From Acidobacteriota bacterium (GTDB lineage Bacteria; Acidobacteriota; UBA6911): a DNA stretch of 64,000 nucleotides. Under the pieces are notes generated by a model. That model saw only the letters and a program-made list of their open reading frames with translations, was not told where the DNA came from and searched no databases. The stretch spans positions 4,640,001 through 4,704,000 of the forward strand of contig OY761556.1 of the NCBI GenBank assembly GCA_963664705.1. The letters run 5' to 3'. Positions 9,561 through 19,362 of this stretch are shown here, piece by piece (position 1 is the first letter of the stretch; the number at the start of each line of letters is the position of its first letter). The position numbers were made by a program, and so were the translations under genes.

Positions 9561-10613
9561 TCAACCGCAGGAACAGCCGCCGCCGGACCCGCAGTCCGAT
9601 TCCCCGGAGGCACTCTCAAACGGACCATAATGGATGCTGGTATCGCCCAGCACCCTGAAGTGCTTGCGATACCGTGTCTCGCTGATCATCGCCGCGGTAT
9701 TGCCACAGACCAGCATGGGTTTGTTGGTCTCAAACGTATGCTGATTATCCAGCGTGAACTGGAACGGACAATCGGCGATGGTGCCGAGATAGCAGGCTAC
9801 CTGGCCATAGTCTTCACAGATATCTTCCAACGACGATAGCTTGAAAGCTCGCACGGTCAGGGAGAAGAAATCTATCATCCCGACTTTCGCTTCAATGTCA
9901 GGATTGCCTATATGAACTGGGGTTGCAGACAGGATCCGATGATCCATGCACCCAACGTTACGCAGGAGTCTTCGGAAGTCCTCGATATACATGGCGCCGC
10001 CAAAACGTTCCCGCAACAGTATCAGATCGTCACTCAAAGCCGGTGGAACGCGGCGACCGGCAAAGATATCGGCAAACAGAAGCTCTCCGCCCGGCTTCAA
10101 AACGCGGAAAATTTCGGAGAAAACCTTCTCCTTCATTGGAGAAAGGTTGATAACGCAGTTGGAGATCACCACATCGATGGAATTGTCTTCAATGCCCGCA
10201 GAAGCGAGATCTTCAATATATCCCACTCGAAAATCGACATTGGATTTCTTCAATCCAAATCGTTTTGCCTGTCGCGCCTGATGCCGTCTGGCTACCTTTA
10301 TCTGTTCACTGGTCATGTCAATACCAATGACCGAGCCTTTCGGACCTACAAGCTTGGACGCGAGGTACACATCCCTTCCGCTGCCACAACCCAGATCCAA
10401 AACCGTGCAACCTTCAAGATCGGAGGGTATGGGGGAGCCGCAGCCATAGTATTTCTTGAGGACTTCATCATCGATCTCGGACAGGATCCTCCGATGGCTT
10501 TCCAAAGGAAAGTCTCCGCACATGCAGGCATTGCTCTTTAGGTCGGCGGTCTTTTTCAGAATCTTGCCATAGTACTTTTTTACATTTTCCAGTACGGCCC
10601 CGGCATTTTGCAT
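9561..10613 (-). CDS. arsM: Arsenite S-adenosylmethionine methyltransferase-like protein (ArsM/AS3MT family)
   Basis: [39 protein letters not shown] and a Cys-rich C-terminus; AGGAG RBS before ATG 10613; fourth catalytic Cys is absent. Confidence 0.82.
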   Translation of the reverse strand: MQNAGAVLENVKKYYGKILKKTADLKSNACMCGDFPLESHRRILSEIDDEVLKKYYGCGSPIPSDLEGCTVLDLGCGSGRDVYLASKLVGPKGSVIGIDMTSEQIKVARRHQARQAKRFGLKKSNVDFRVGYIEDLASAGIEDNSIDVVISNCVINLSPMKEKVFSEIFRVLKPGGELLFADIFAGRRVPPALSDDLILLRERFGGAMYIEDFRRLLRNVGCMDHRILSATPVHIGNPDIEAKVGMIDFFSLTVRAFKLSSLEDICEDYGQVACYLGTIADCPFQFTLDNQHTFETNKPMLVCGNTAAMISETRYRKHFRVLGDTSIHYGPFESASGESDCGSGGGCSCG

Positions 10614-10916
10614 CACTCCTCCTGACAGTAGTGGCGATCTACTCAACGTGCAATTAAATCCCAAATGTATTTGTGTTATCAAGAACTGATCGATGAAAAA
10701 CCGCTGGAGTAGAGGGAGGAATCTCTTGAGATTCGCGAGAAATAGGCGCCCTTTTTGAGGCAAATTTCACAAAATGCAAACTCGTAGCCTGGATCTCGCT
10801 AGGTAGTTTTGCCCCCGCGCAATTGCGTATTCCCCTCAATTGATCCAGGACCTTTCATCGCATCTAATGCACAACATATTTGTTCTGCTTCGGAGGCGGG
10901 TAACCGGACAGCAGCG

Positions 10917-11270
10917 ATGAGATATGTCACGGCGGCAATAATAGGGATTCTATTCGTGGGCAGTTTCTCCATGTCCATGATTGCCATGCTTCCGGACCAG
11001 CCTTTTGAAGATGCAGTCTGCTCCTGCCCGATGTGCAAGTTGGGTGATCCGGGTCATCATTGCAGTTGCTGCCTCAAAGGTCCAACCTGTACCTGCCGGA
11101 TGTCGACAGGAACTCCGGATCAGCCGCATTCGCAGGCATGGAAGCCGGCACTTCTGCGTGCCTTCTCGGGGCTTCTTCCAAAGCAGGTATTTGGAATTCT
11201 CCTTTTGCCTCTGTCCATTTCTTTGCGCTCGCCATTCCTTCCCGTTCCAACCCCACCTCCCAAGTTTTAG
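10917..11270 (+). CDS. Cys-rich small membrane/leader protein (DUF2946/CruR-like)
   Basis: N-terminal hydrophobic helix, CSCPMC / HHCSCC / CTC, ends PVPTPPPKF; lies directly upstream of a copper TonB receptor. Confidence 0.65.
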   Translation: MRYVTAAIIGILFVGSFSMSMIAMLPDQPFEDAVCSCPMCKLGDPGHHCSCCLKGPTCTCRMSTGTPDQPHSQAWKPALLRAFSGLLPKQVFGILLLPLSISLRSPFLPVPTPPPKF

Positions 11271-11436
11271 CCTGCAATCATAACGCGCCCATCACACGTG
11301 ATCAGGGATAGTCGAACTCGACCGACTCGCTTCGATATGCGGACAACGTCTGTACCTGATCATACTTCCAATGGATCCGTCCCTTACGAGGGAGCGAGGA
11401 GAGAACCCTCTCTTTCGCTTAAAAAACGGAGGCATT

Positions 11437-13743
11437 ATGCATACGACTATCCGCATCACGCTTCTATTTGTTTTGTTGATTGCCGCCACTGCAGGCATAT
11501 CCGCTCAATCCGCGCAGGGTGGAAGCATTGCCGTGACCCTGAAAGACCCGAATGGATCGGTTATCCGCGGGGGCGAGGTACTTATCAGAAACCTGGATTC
11601 TGAAACAACCGAATCTGCCTTTACCGACCAGGAAGGATGGCACATCTTTAAGTCTGTTCGTGCGGGAAGGTACCGCGTTTCGGCCTCCTATGAGGGCTTT
11701 GAAACGGCGGCCCGGGAGAATGTATCCGTTTCCGAGAAGAAAACATCTGTCGTGGATTTTGTGCTGAGCGTGCGTCAGAAAAACATTACGGTCGTTGTGA
11801 CGGCCCCCGCAATGATCCGGCCACTGATGGTGGAAACGGACCCCAGGGCACCCCGTCAACCCATCCCTGCCCAGGATGGAGCGGACTATCTGCAATCCGT
11901 TCCCGGTTTTTCCACCATCCGCAAGGGAGGTACGGACGGAGATCCTGTATTGCGCGGCATGGCCGGCTCGCGTCTGAATTTTCTATTGGACGGCCAGCAG
12001 ATTCTGGGCGGCTGTGGCGGCCGGATGGATCCGCCTACCGCCTATGTTTTTCCTGATGTTTACAAACGAATTACTGTGCTGAAAGGACCCCAGACTGTTT
12101 TGTATGGCCCCGGTGCATCGGCCGGAACGGTCCTGTTCGAAAGAGAGAGAAGGCGTGCGGAACTGGCGGAAATCAGGCTGGACAGTTCCGGCACCGTGGG
12201 CAGCTATGGCCGCCATGACGAAATGGTGGATGTGCGAACCGCGCTTCCGGCAGGATATGTTCAGGGAATTGCCACACGCTCTCATTCAGACAATTATCGC
12301 GATGGTACAGGAGCAGCGATCCATTCCTTCTACACCAAATGGAGTGGCAGCGCGGAATTAGGCTGGACGCCCGGCCCCGACACATCTCTTGCCGTATCGT
12401 TCCTGAAAAGCGATGGAGAGGCTGCCTACGCTGACCGCACAATGGATGGCTCCAAGTTCGCGCGCGATACTCTTAGCCTCCGCTTTGACAGGCAGCACAT
12501 TTCGTCTTTGCTGGATCGCCTGGAAACACAGGTTTTTTATAATTACATAGACCATGTAATGGACAACTACAACCTGCGCACACCCAGCATGATGTTTTCG
12601 GCCATGAACCCCGATCGTCAGACGATGGGTGGCCGCGCGGCCGCGACCCTATCGGTAAGCAAAACAACAACGCTGGTGATTGGGCTGGACTCCCAGCGCA
12701 ACATTCACAGAGGACGCAGTATCATGGGGGGAACATCAGCCAGCCAGGCAACAGCAGCCCTTTATGCATCCACTCGAAGAGAAGACATGCGCTTCTCGCA
12801 AATCGGAGTTTTTGGAGAGATCACGCATTTCTTTGGTACACGCAGCCGGCTGATTGGCGGTGTCCGGTCTGATTGGTTCAAGGCGACCGATAACAGGATG
12901 TGCGTGAATGCCATGATGTGCCCGGGAGCTTCACCGCTCAAGAATGATACGATGGGCGCGACAGATCGCAGGGCACTCCCGAGCGGATTCGCAAGGTTCG
13001 AGCGCGATTTCCGTCGAGGCAGTACCTTTTATATTGGGATGGGTCATGCAGAACGATCTCCGGACTACTGGGAGCGGCTCTACCAGGACTCGGTAACACT
13101 CAAAAGCGCCTTCCTGTCCACAAAACCTGAAAAGACTACGCAGCTTGACACGGGAATCGTCTGGAAATCGGATTCCTTATCGGGATCCATTTCGGGCTTT
13201 TACGGCAAAATAGGTGATTACATCCTGATTCGATGGAATCCGGCCCCGGTGCTGACCCGCAATGTCGACGCCACAACCATGGGAGCCGAAGGCGACGTGA
13301 CCTACAGGATCACGGACAATCTCAAAAGCAATGTCACCCTTGCCTACGTGCGATCCGACAATGACACAGATAATAAACCGCTGGCCCAGCAACCTCCGCT
13401 CGAAGCCATGATTGGATTGAATTACGACAACCATGCCTATTCCATCGGAGCCCTGGCCCGCCTGGTCGGAGCACAGCACCGCGTAGACATCGGTTCCGGG
13501 AACATTGTAGCCAACGGCATGGACTTGGGCTCAACGCCGGGATTCTCCATTTTCTCAATCAACGGCGGGTACCGGATCCGGCATGCAGTATTGTTTTCAG
13601 CCGGAATCGATAATCTGCTGAACAAAACCTATGCCGAGCACTTGAGCAAATCCGGAGCTCCAATTCCCGGATTTATCAGTCAACTGCGGATTCATGAACC
13701 GGGAAGAACCTTCTGGCTCAAAGCAAATTTCCTTATGGATTGA
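11437..13743 (+). CDS. TonB-dependent copper receptor (OprC/NosA-like) with N-terminal carboxypeptidase-regulatory-like domain
   Basis: GGCGGRMDPPTAY (OprC CxxxM copper motif), DHVMDN, YAEHLS, EPGRTFW C-terminus; GGAGG RBS before ATG 11437. Confidence 0.9.
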   Translation: MHTTIRITLLFVLLIAATAGISAQSAQGGSIAVTLKDPNGSVIRGGEVLIRNLDSETTESAFTDQEGWHIFKSVRAGRYRVSASYEGFETAARENVSVSEKKTSVVDFVLSVRQKNITVVVTAPAMIRPLMVETDPRAPRQPIPAQDGADYLQSVPGFSTIRKGGTDGDPVLRGMAGSRLNFLLDGQQILGGCGGRMDPPTAYVFPDVYKRITVLKGPQTVLYGPGASAGTVLFERERRRAELAEIRLDSSGTVGSYGRHDEMVDVRTALPAGYVQGIATRSHSDNYRDGTGAAIHSFYTKWSGSAELGWTPGPDTSLAVSFLKSDGEAAYADRTMDGSKFARDTLSLRFDRQHISSLLDRLETQVFYNYIDHVMDNYNLRTPSMMFSAMNPDRQTMGGRAAATLSVSKTTTLVIGLDSQRNIHRGRSIMGGTSASQATAALYASTRREDMRFSQIGVFGEITHFFGTRSRLIGGVRSDWFKATDNRMCVNAMMCPGASPLKNDTMGATDRRALPSGFARFERDFRRGSTFYIGMGHAERSPDYWERLYQDSVTLKSAFLSTKPEKTTQLDTGIVWKSDSLSGSISGFYGKIGDYILIRWNPAPVLTRNVDATTMGAEGDVTYRITDNLKSNVTLAYVRSDNDTDNKPLAQQPPLEAMIGLNYDNHAYSIGALARLVGAQHRVDIGSGNIVANGMDLGSTPGFSIFSINGGYRIRHAVLFSAGIDNLLNKTYAEHLSKSGAPIPGFISQLRIHEPGRTFWLKANFLMD

Positions 13744-13786
13744 GGGCAAAACGAAAGGATGACCTGACGCATCGACGCGGATGCAT

Positions 13787-13816
13787 TTGACATGGAGACC
13801 TGTTGCTCCATACAAT
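13787..13816 (+). promoter_or_regulatory. Sigma-70-type promoter with a palindromic operator in the spacer
   Basis: TTGACA (13787-13792), 18 bp, TACAAT (13811-13816); ATGGAG-N8-CTCCAT at 13792-13811. Confidence 0.6.
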
Positions 13817-14028
13817 AGCGCCGTTATGTGCGACATGCACCGCATCTACTCTATCCTGATTCGAGGTACCGTCGTCCGCCCGGACGACTTTCCGGATTTT
13901 ATGGCGGCTTAGTGCCTTTCTGCCTGGGCAACTCAATATAGGAAACTGAATGAGGCACTTTGCCGCCTGATCGGCTATTCCTGCCCGCAATTGAATTATC
14001 TGCAATCCATTGAGACAGGAGACGGTTG

Positions 14029-14301
14029 ATGAGTACTTTGAAGACAAGAACCATTAAGGAAATGGTGGAGAATAATCAGAAGGTTAGGTTCCGGTTTTAT
14101 CGCGATGGACAGCTCTGGTACGGAACGGAATGCGGTTTTGAGTTTCCGGTTCCCATCGCCGATGCCGGCACAGCCACCTTCCTGGCTGAAGACAAGGCGA
14201 TTCTTTTCATGCGCTATATTCGGAAACACCTGGAGTTCCTGAAGAAAAGTATAGAACAAAAGGGGAGTCTCGAATTCGGCGAAGGATCGATCCCTTCTTA
14301 G
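14029..14301 (+). CDS. Small hypothetical protein (LWYxTECGFEFPVP...FMRYIRK)
   Basis: 90-aa ORF with AGGAG RBS and protein-like composition; function unknown. Confidence 0.75.
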   Translation: MSTLKTRTIKEMVENNQKVRFRFYRDGQLWYGTECGFEFPVPIADAGTATFLAEDKAILFMRYIRKHLEFLKKSIEQKGSLEFGEGSIPS

Positions 14302-14344
14302 TGTAGTCGGTAAGAAGTCCCTTGCCATTTGGGCTTCATTTATT

Positions 14345-14391
14345 AGCGCCGGAGGGGCGAAAGAAAATTGCTTCTTTCGCCCTTCCAGCGC
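14345..14391. repeat. REP-like element, family B, hairpin copy
   Basis: AGCGCCGGAGGGGCGAAAGA ... TCTTTCGCCCTTCCAGCGC inverted pair. Confidence 0.65.
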
Positions 14392-14520
14392 CCGGTAATT
14401 CCTCCTTCAGATCCGGGGTTCACAACGCAGGGATGACCTGACCCGGACTTTCTTGTTCTCTTGCAGAAGACAAACTGCTAGCCTAGAACCATGTCCGAAA
14501 ATTAGGATACCGTTTCGCCC

Positions 14521-14862
14521 ATGCACGAACAGAGCATCGTTGAATCGATTCTGACGCTGGCACTCCAGAATGCCGAGAAGGCTGACGCCCATAAGATCAT
14601 ACGCATCGATCTCGTGGTTGGCGATTTCACCGGCGTAGTTGAGGATGCAGTTAATTTCTATTTCGGTTTCCTGAGCCAGAACACTATTGCGGCCGGAGCC
14701 GCAATCCGCTACACACATGTTGCCGCGCAACTGCGCTGTCGCGACTGCGATCTGCTTTTCCCGCTGCAAAAGCGCAACTATCGCTGTCCCAAATGCGATG
14801 GCGTACGAGTAGAGATCGTCGGCGGGAGAGAGCTTTATATCGAGAATATGGAGGTGGAATAA
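14521..14862 (+). CDS. hypA: Hydrogenase maturation nickel metallochaperone HypA
   Basis: N-terminal MHE, CRDC...CPKC zinc finger, GRELYI. Confidence 0.95.
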   Translation: MHEQSIVESILTLALQNAEKADAHKIIRIDLVVGDFTGVVEDAVNFYFGFLSQNTIAAGAAIRYTHVAAQLRCRDCDLLFPLQKRNYRCPKCDGVRVEIVGGRELYIENMEVE

Positions 14863-15524
14863 TGGCCGCCAGGACATTGACCATCAAAGCAAATATCCTC
14901 GGTGCGAATGCGGAAAAAGCCGAAGGCATCCACCAGTTGTTAAACCGTCATAATGTGCGGATGATCAACCTCATGTCCGCGCCGGGCTCCGGCAAAACCA
15001 GCCTCATTCTGCGAGCCATTGAACGATTGCGCGAAAAATACAGAATTGCCGTAATAGAAGGCGCCATTGCTTCATCCATCGATGCCGACCGGATTGCCAA
15101 ACAGAATATTCCCGCCATCCAAATCAACCCCGAAGGGGGATGCCATTTGGACGCGATCATGGTCCAGAAGGCTCTGCATGCTTTGGACCTGGATCACCTC
15201 GACCTGATATTTCTCGAAAACGTGGGCAACCTGGTCTGCACAGCCGACTTTGATCTGGGCGCACACAAAAATGTCGTGATTTTGAGCATACCGGAAGGGG
15301 ATGACAAGCCGCACAAATATCCAATCGTGTTTGTAGACGCAGATATTGTCCTGGTGAACAAGATCGATGTTCTACCCTATTTTGATTTTGATCTGAAAGC
15401 CTTTCCCGGGATAATCAGCGGCATGAATCCCACGGCCAGAGTTTTTGCCGTTTCTGCCAAAACAGGGGAAGGCATGGAAAACTGGCTGACATGGATTGAA
15501 AAAATGCTGTCATGTACCGTATAG
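14862..15524 (+). CDS. hypB: Hydrogenase nickel incorporation GTPase HypB
   Basis: SAPGSGKTS P-loop, GCHLDA, ENVGNLVC, EGDDKPHKYP, NKID; TAATG overlap with hypA. Confidence 0.93.
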   Translation: MAARTLTIKANILGANAEKAEGIHQLLNRHNVRMINLMSAPGSGKTSLILRAIERLREKYRIAVIEGAIASSIDADRIAKQNIPAIQINPEGGCHLDAIMVQKALHALDLDHLDLIFLENVGNLVCTADFDLGAHKNVVILSIPEGDDKPHKYPIVFVDADIVLVNKIDVLPYFDFDLKAFPGIISGMNPTARVFAVSAKTGEGMENWLTWIEKMLSCTV

Positions 15525-15540
15525 CATCTGGGAGGAGCTT

Positions 15541-16644
15541 ATGGTGGGCAATAGCTATAAAGAGCTGTCTGATAAACTGGGAGTCTGGGAATCCGAGCGT
15601 TTCCTGAAAATACTGGCCGAGATGATGACGGCCGAAGAGGCAAAGATCTGCCTGGAATTGTTTGAGCCCGCCACCTGCAAGGAGTTAGCAGACAGACTGA
15701 GCTTGAGCGAGAAGGATCTCTCCGGACAGCTGGATGTTCTGGTGGATAAAGGAATGCTGACCAGGGGATTAACTCAATACGCTTTCCACACTACCCTGCT
15801 GGCATTTCATCATGAATGCGTCGCCGACACAGCACCGCACACCGGACCTTACGCCCTGTCTCAGAAAGCCAAAGAACTCTGGGCCGACTTTTTTTACAAC
15901 GAGTGGTCGTACCACTTCCTGACCCATTGGGAGGAATTCGTAAAGAAGACCGGCCGAAGTCTCCCGATTTGGCCGGCCATAGGAGCGCTGGAACGAAGTC
16001 CCAATATCAAACCGGAAGATCTTCTCCCTGAAGAAAACTGGAAACTGCGGATTGAAAACGCCAAAAGCAGAATTCTGGCGCCGTGCGGATGCCGGATATC
16101 CTGGGGACACCAATGTGACCTGCCGCTGATGACCTGTTTTGCCTGCTTTGACCGGCCCAGGGGCGAATATTACCTCAATCAGCCCGGCAGGCTTCTGAAA
16201 GAGGTCACACTGGAAGAGTCTCTTGAAATTGTAAAGCAGGCAGAAGAGGCCGGACTGGTCCATTGGGGAGACTGCTATTGCTGTGATTGCTGCTGTGAGA
16301 ACCTTTATCCGGTAAAACGGGATAAACGTTGGGATCTGATGACGCCAAATCGGTTTTTGGCGGTGGTGGACGAAGAGACCTGCACCGGCTGCGGGATATG
16401 CGTTGATCGTTGCCCGTTTGAAGCAATCGAGATGAAGCCTGACGCATCTTCAAGCGAACAGAAATGCTCCGTCAATCCGGAGCGGTGCAAAGGTTGCGGT
16501 CTTTGTATCATCACCTGCGCCCCCAATGCCCTGACCTATGAGATCGTTAGACCGCCGGAATACCTGAAGCCAAAGCCTCCCGAAGGACAATCGGAGGAGC
16601 CCGTACACTTTATCCCTGTCTGGGGACAATATTTCCTCAAATAA
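15541..16644 (+). CDS. 4Fe-4S dicluster protein with N-terminal winged-helix-like region and Cys-cluster domain
   Basis: CTGCGICVDRCP and CKGCGLCIITC ferredoxin motifs, plus CGCR, CFAC and CYCCDCCC; GGAGG RBS. Confidence 0.82.
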   Translation: MVGNSYKELSDKLGVWESERFLKILAEMMTAEEAKICLELFEPATCKELADRLSLSEKDLSGQLDVLVDKGMLTRGLTQYAFHTTLLAFHHECVADTAPHTGPYALSQKAKELWADFFYNEWSYHFLTHWEEFVKKTGRSLPIWPAIGALERSPNIKPEDLLPEENWKLRIENAKSRILAPCGCRISWGHQCDLPLMTCFACFDRPRGEYYLNQPGRLLKEVTLEESLEIVKQAEEAGLVHWGDCYCCDCCCENLYPVKRDKRWDLMTPNRFLAVVDEETCTGCGICVDRCPFEAIEMKPDASSSEQKCSVNPERCKGCGLCIITCAPNALTYEIVRPPEYLKPKPPEGQSEEPVHFIPVWGQYFLK

Positions 16645-16656
16645 GCGCTTTGTCCA

Positions 16657-16698
16657 ATTTGAGAAATTCGTGGCTTTTGCGCCACGAATTTCTCAAAT
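16657..16698. repeat. REP-like element, family A, copy 2 (may act as a bidirectional terminator)
   Basis: Perfect 18-bp inverted arms at 16657-16674 and 16681-16698, between convergent genes. Confidence 0.8.
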
Positions 16699-16709
16699 GC
16701 AGCGTCTCG

Positions 16710-19037
16710 CTATCTGGATCTTTTGTATTTTTCAGTGCGGCTGTCCCGGATAGCCCCGCTCCAGTTCAGTCCATATCCGAAATCGTACGCATTGCCGGCA
16801 GAATCCACGTAGCACCTGAGATCGAAGGGAACATCCTCTTTCTGCTCCTCCACGGTTTTCATGTCTGCCGGCATCTGCAGAGGCAACAATCCGGAAGGCT
16901 CCACAACCCCTGTGAGGACATCCATCAGCGCCTGATCCTGGACATCGAAAGCAGCCACAATCGCATCTGCCTCTTTCTCAAACTCACCGAAGATCATGGG
17001 CTTGGAAATATTGACGATGACGATGACCGGCTTTCCTCGCATGACTTTCCTGGCATCCAAAACCATCTTGAGGTCTCCCGCGTTGGTCGAGACAACCGAC
17101 TTGCCTTTGTAGGTTCGGTTGGTGAATTGTTCAAAGGGATCGCCGCCGGCCAGGCTCGGATCACGCGCATCGGTCGCCCTATAGGGACTGTACTGCAAAC
17201 TGATCGGTACATATCCGGTTCCTCCCTTTGAAACATCAGTCCCGTCATAACCGCTGCCCGCATTGGGGCTGTTGATGACAACCAGGGCAAAGTCCGCCTC
17301 AGCCGGATTATCGGTAACCGGGAAAAACTTTCCCACAATGGCCATGTTGATGGGGTATGCGAGAGAGGCGGGTGTTTCCATGCCAAAGAAGTCTCTGCCC
17401 GCCGGCGTGAACCTCTTTGGCACATAAACGATTTTGCGGCTGCGGATGGGAAGAGCCTTGTCTCTGTTCTTCAGCATCACGAGCGATTTCAACTGCGCAG
17501 CATAGCCTTGCCTCATAAAGTCCGGATTCCCTACCGTAGACTTGGTTGCGGCGACATCCAGGTAGGGATTCTCAAACAGACCGACACGAAACATGTTCCG
17601 CAGCAGGCGAACCGCCGATAGTTCCATGCGTGCACGCATCAGCTTTTCGCCATGCTCCTTGACGCCCATGTTGTAGGCTTCAATTACCGGTCCGGCTTCA
17701 TTATTTCCTCCGAACTGGTCGACCCCGGCCATGATGATTTTGTAGTGCCTTTGAACAACCGTCAGCTTTTCTGAGCCCCAGCAGGTGGTTCCGAAACTCG
17801 TAACGGCCGCTTCGTCTTTGGTGACCCCCCAATCGGTGCAGACCACGCCGTCATAGGAATACCTTCCGCGCAGCAGGTCGCTGATCAGGTATTTGCTGTA
17901 GCTGTTGCCCACATTTTCCTTGCTGGCGGCATCGATACCATAGGAGATTGTGTAGTATGGCATGACCGCTGCGGCCATATGAGTACTTCCCGCAAGTTTG
18001 AATGCGCCTTCCGTAAACGGAATCAGGTGATCGGCAAAATTGTTGCCCGGATACACGGCATATTTGCCATAGGCAAAATGGGCGTCCCGGCCGCCTTCTT
18101 CCGGTCCGCCACCCGGCCAATGCTTCACCATGGCATTCACGCTGGCATAACCCCAGCCTGCCGAAATTTCCTTATCTCCCGTGGAGGTTTGAAATCCATC
18201 GACATAGGCGCGAGCCATGTCCGCGGAAAGCTGCGGGCTTTCGCCAAAAGTTCCGCTCACGCGGCTCCACCGCGGCTCCGTGGCAAGATCAATTTGAGGC
18301 GACAGTGCCGTCGTGATACCCAGCGCGCGATATTCTCTCGCCGCGATCTTCCCGAATTGTCGCACCAGTTCCGGATCAAAAGTGGCGGCCATGCCCAGGG
18401 ATCCCGGCCACATCGATATTTTTCCGCCGGAACCCGCATTGTACTCGGCGTCTGCCACTGTCCGATGCCGAGGGTCAGAACTGTTATTGGCCGGGATCCC
18501 AAGCGGGAGGCTCTCGCACAGGGCCTGCACGTTATTATTCCAGCGGGCCGCGATTTCCGGACTTTCCACCGTGGTGATGAGAATGTGCCGAAGATTGTCC
18601 TCGGTGAGGAATTTCTTCTGGTTGTCGGTCAGATCGGAGGCATCAGCGCCGCTCTCCGCAAAGGGTTTGCCTCCGTAGGTAGCGGCAAACCTCCCTCCCG
18701 CAGCCGGTATAGCCTGGTGGGCACTGTAGAGCATGAGTCCGGCGATTTGCCGGATGTCCAACCTGGAGGCAAGATCCCTCGCTCTCTCATCTGCCGACAA
18801 CCGCCAGTCCTCGTAAGGATCGAGCTTTCCATTCCGGTTCAGATCTTTGAAGGCAAAGCCCCCGGCAGTAAGCATCTTAACGCCTGAGGCAGTGGAGTAC
18901 GCCAGCGTCTGCCCGCCCTTGTTCACAACGGTTTTGATCGGACCATTGCCCGTTTCAGTCCACCGCTTGCAGCCGGATAGCGACAGACACGCCATCAATG
19001 CCGATATCAGAAAGAAACAACGCCATTCAGTTTTCAT
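16710..19037 (-). CDS. Glycoside hydrolase family 3 beta-glucosidase, lipoprotein
   Basis: Lipobox LSGC; SPQIDLATEPRWSR, KHWPG, VCTDW nucleophile, PSGLLP C-terminal domain. Confidence 0.92.
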   Translation of the reverse strand: MKTEWRCFFLISALMACLSLSGCKRWTETGNGPIKTVVNKGGQTLAYSTASGVKMLTAGGFAFKDLNRNGKLDPYEDWRLSADERARDLASRLDIRQIAGLMLYSAHQAIPAAGGRFAATYGGKPFAESGADASDLTDNQKKFLTEDNLRHILITTVESPEIAARWNNNVQALCESLPLGIPANNSSDPRHRTVADAEYNAGSGGKISMWPGSLGMAATFDPELVRQFGKIAAREYRALGITTALSPQIDLATEPRWSRVSGTFGESPQLSADMARAYVDGFQTSTGDKEISAGWGYASVNAMVKHWPGGGPEEGGRDAHFAYGKYAVYPGNNFADHLIPFTEGAFKLAGSTHMAAAVMPYYTISYGIDAASKENVGNSYSKYLISDLLRGRYSYDGVVCTDWGVTKDEAAVTSFGTTCWGSEKLTVVQRHYKIIMAGVDQFGGNNEAGPVIEAYNMGVKEHGEKLMRARMELSAVRLLRNMFRVGLFENPYLDVAATKSTVGNPDFMRQGYAAQLKSLVMLKNRDKALPIRSRKIVYVPKRFTPAGRDFFGMETPASLAYPINMAIVGKFFPVTDNPAEADFALVVINSPNAGSGYDGTDVSKGGTGYVPISLQYSPYRATDARDPSLAGGDPFEQFTNRTYKGKSVVSTNAGDLKMVLDARKVMRGKPVIVIVNISKPMIFGEFEKEADAIVAAFDVQDQALMDVLTGVVEPSGLLPLQMPADMKTVEEQKEDVPFDLRCYVDSAGNAYDFGYGLNWSGAIRDSRTEKYKRSR

Positions 19038-19187
19038 GTGCTATCTCCCGAACCCTCTCAGATTGTACCGTCCGACATCATAAGCATGTCCGCAAACTGC
19101 TTCATCAAAGGGCGCAATTCAAGTAGCCTCAAGTGTTGCTGCCGCCTGCAGCCTGTACGGTCATTATAGTTTCCTTATTCCGAATAT

Positions 19188-19205
19188 AATCCAATATTTT
19201 GGATT
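19188..19205. promoter_or_regulatory. Palindrome AATCCAA-N4-TTGGATT, candidate activator site
   Basis: Perfect 7-bp arms about 110 bp upstream of a sigma-54 promoter. Confidence 0.4.
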
Positions 19206-19313
19206 GGCCAGGCGAATTTTCTACCTTATTTTCAAAATCTATCCCATCAACTACCCCAGGAAATTCTCGATAAACCCATACCTAATAAAGGATTACCTCC
19301 AATCCGACGCAAC

Positions 19314-19329
19314 TGGCATACTTTTTGCA
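19314..19329 (+). promoter_or_regulatory. Sigma-54 (-24/-12) promoter of the Oar-type receptor
   Basis: TGGCATACTTTTTGCA = GG-N10-GC, close to the TGGCAC-N5-TTGC consensus, just upstream of the CDS. Confidence 0.75.
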
Positions 19330-19362
19330 ATCTAATTTCATAAACACCCCTTCCGAAGGAAA

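Noticed and set aside
9561-9563. UGA after CSCG in ArsM as selenocysteine
   Set aside because: The protein is already complete, and readthrough runs into repeat DNA
9312-9564. Short minus-strand ORFs ending in ESGIRNL/ESGIWNL
   Set aside because: Translations of the REP-like element and the heptamer repeat; no independent coding evidence
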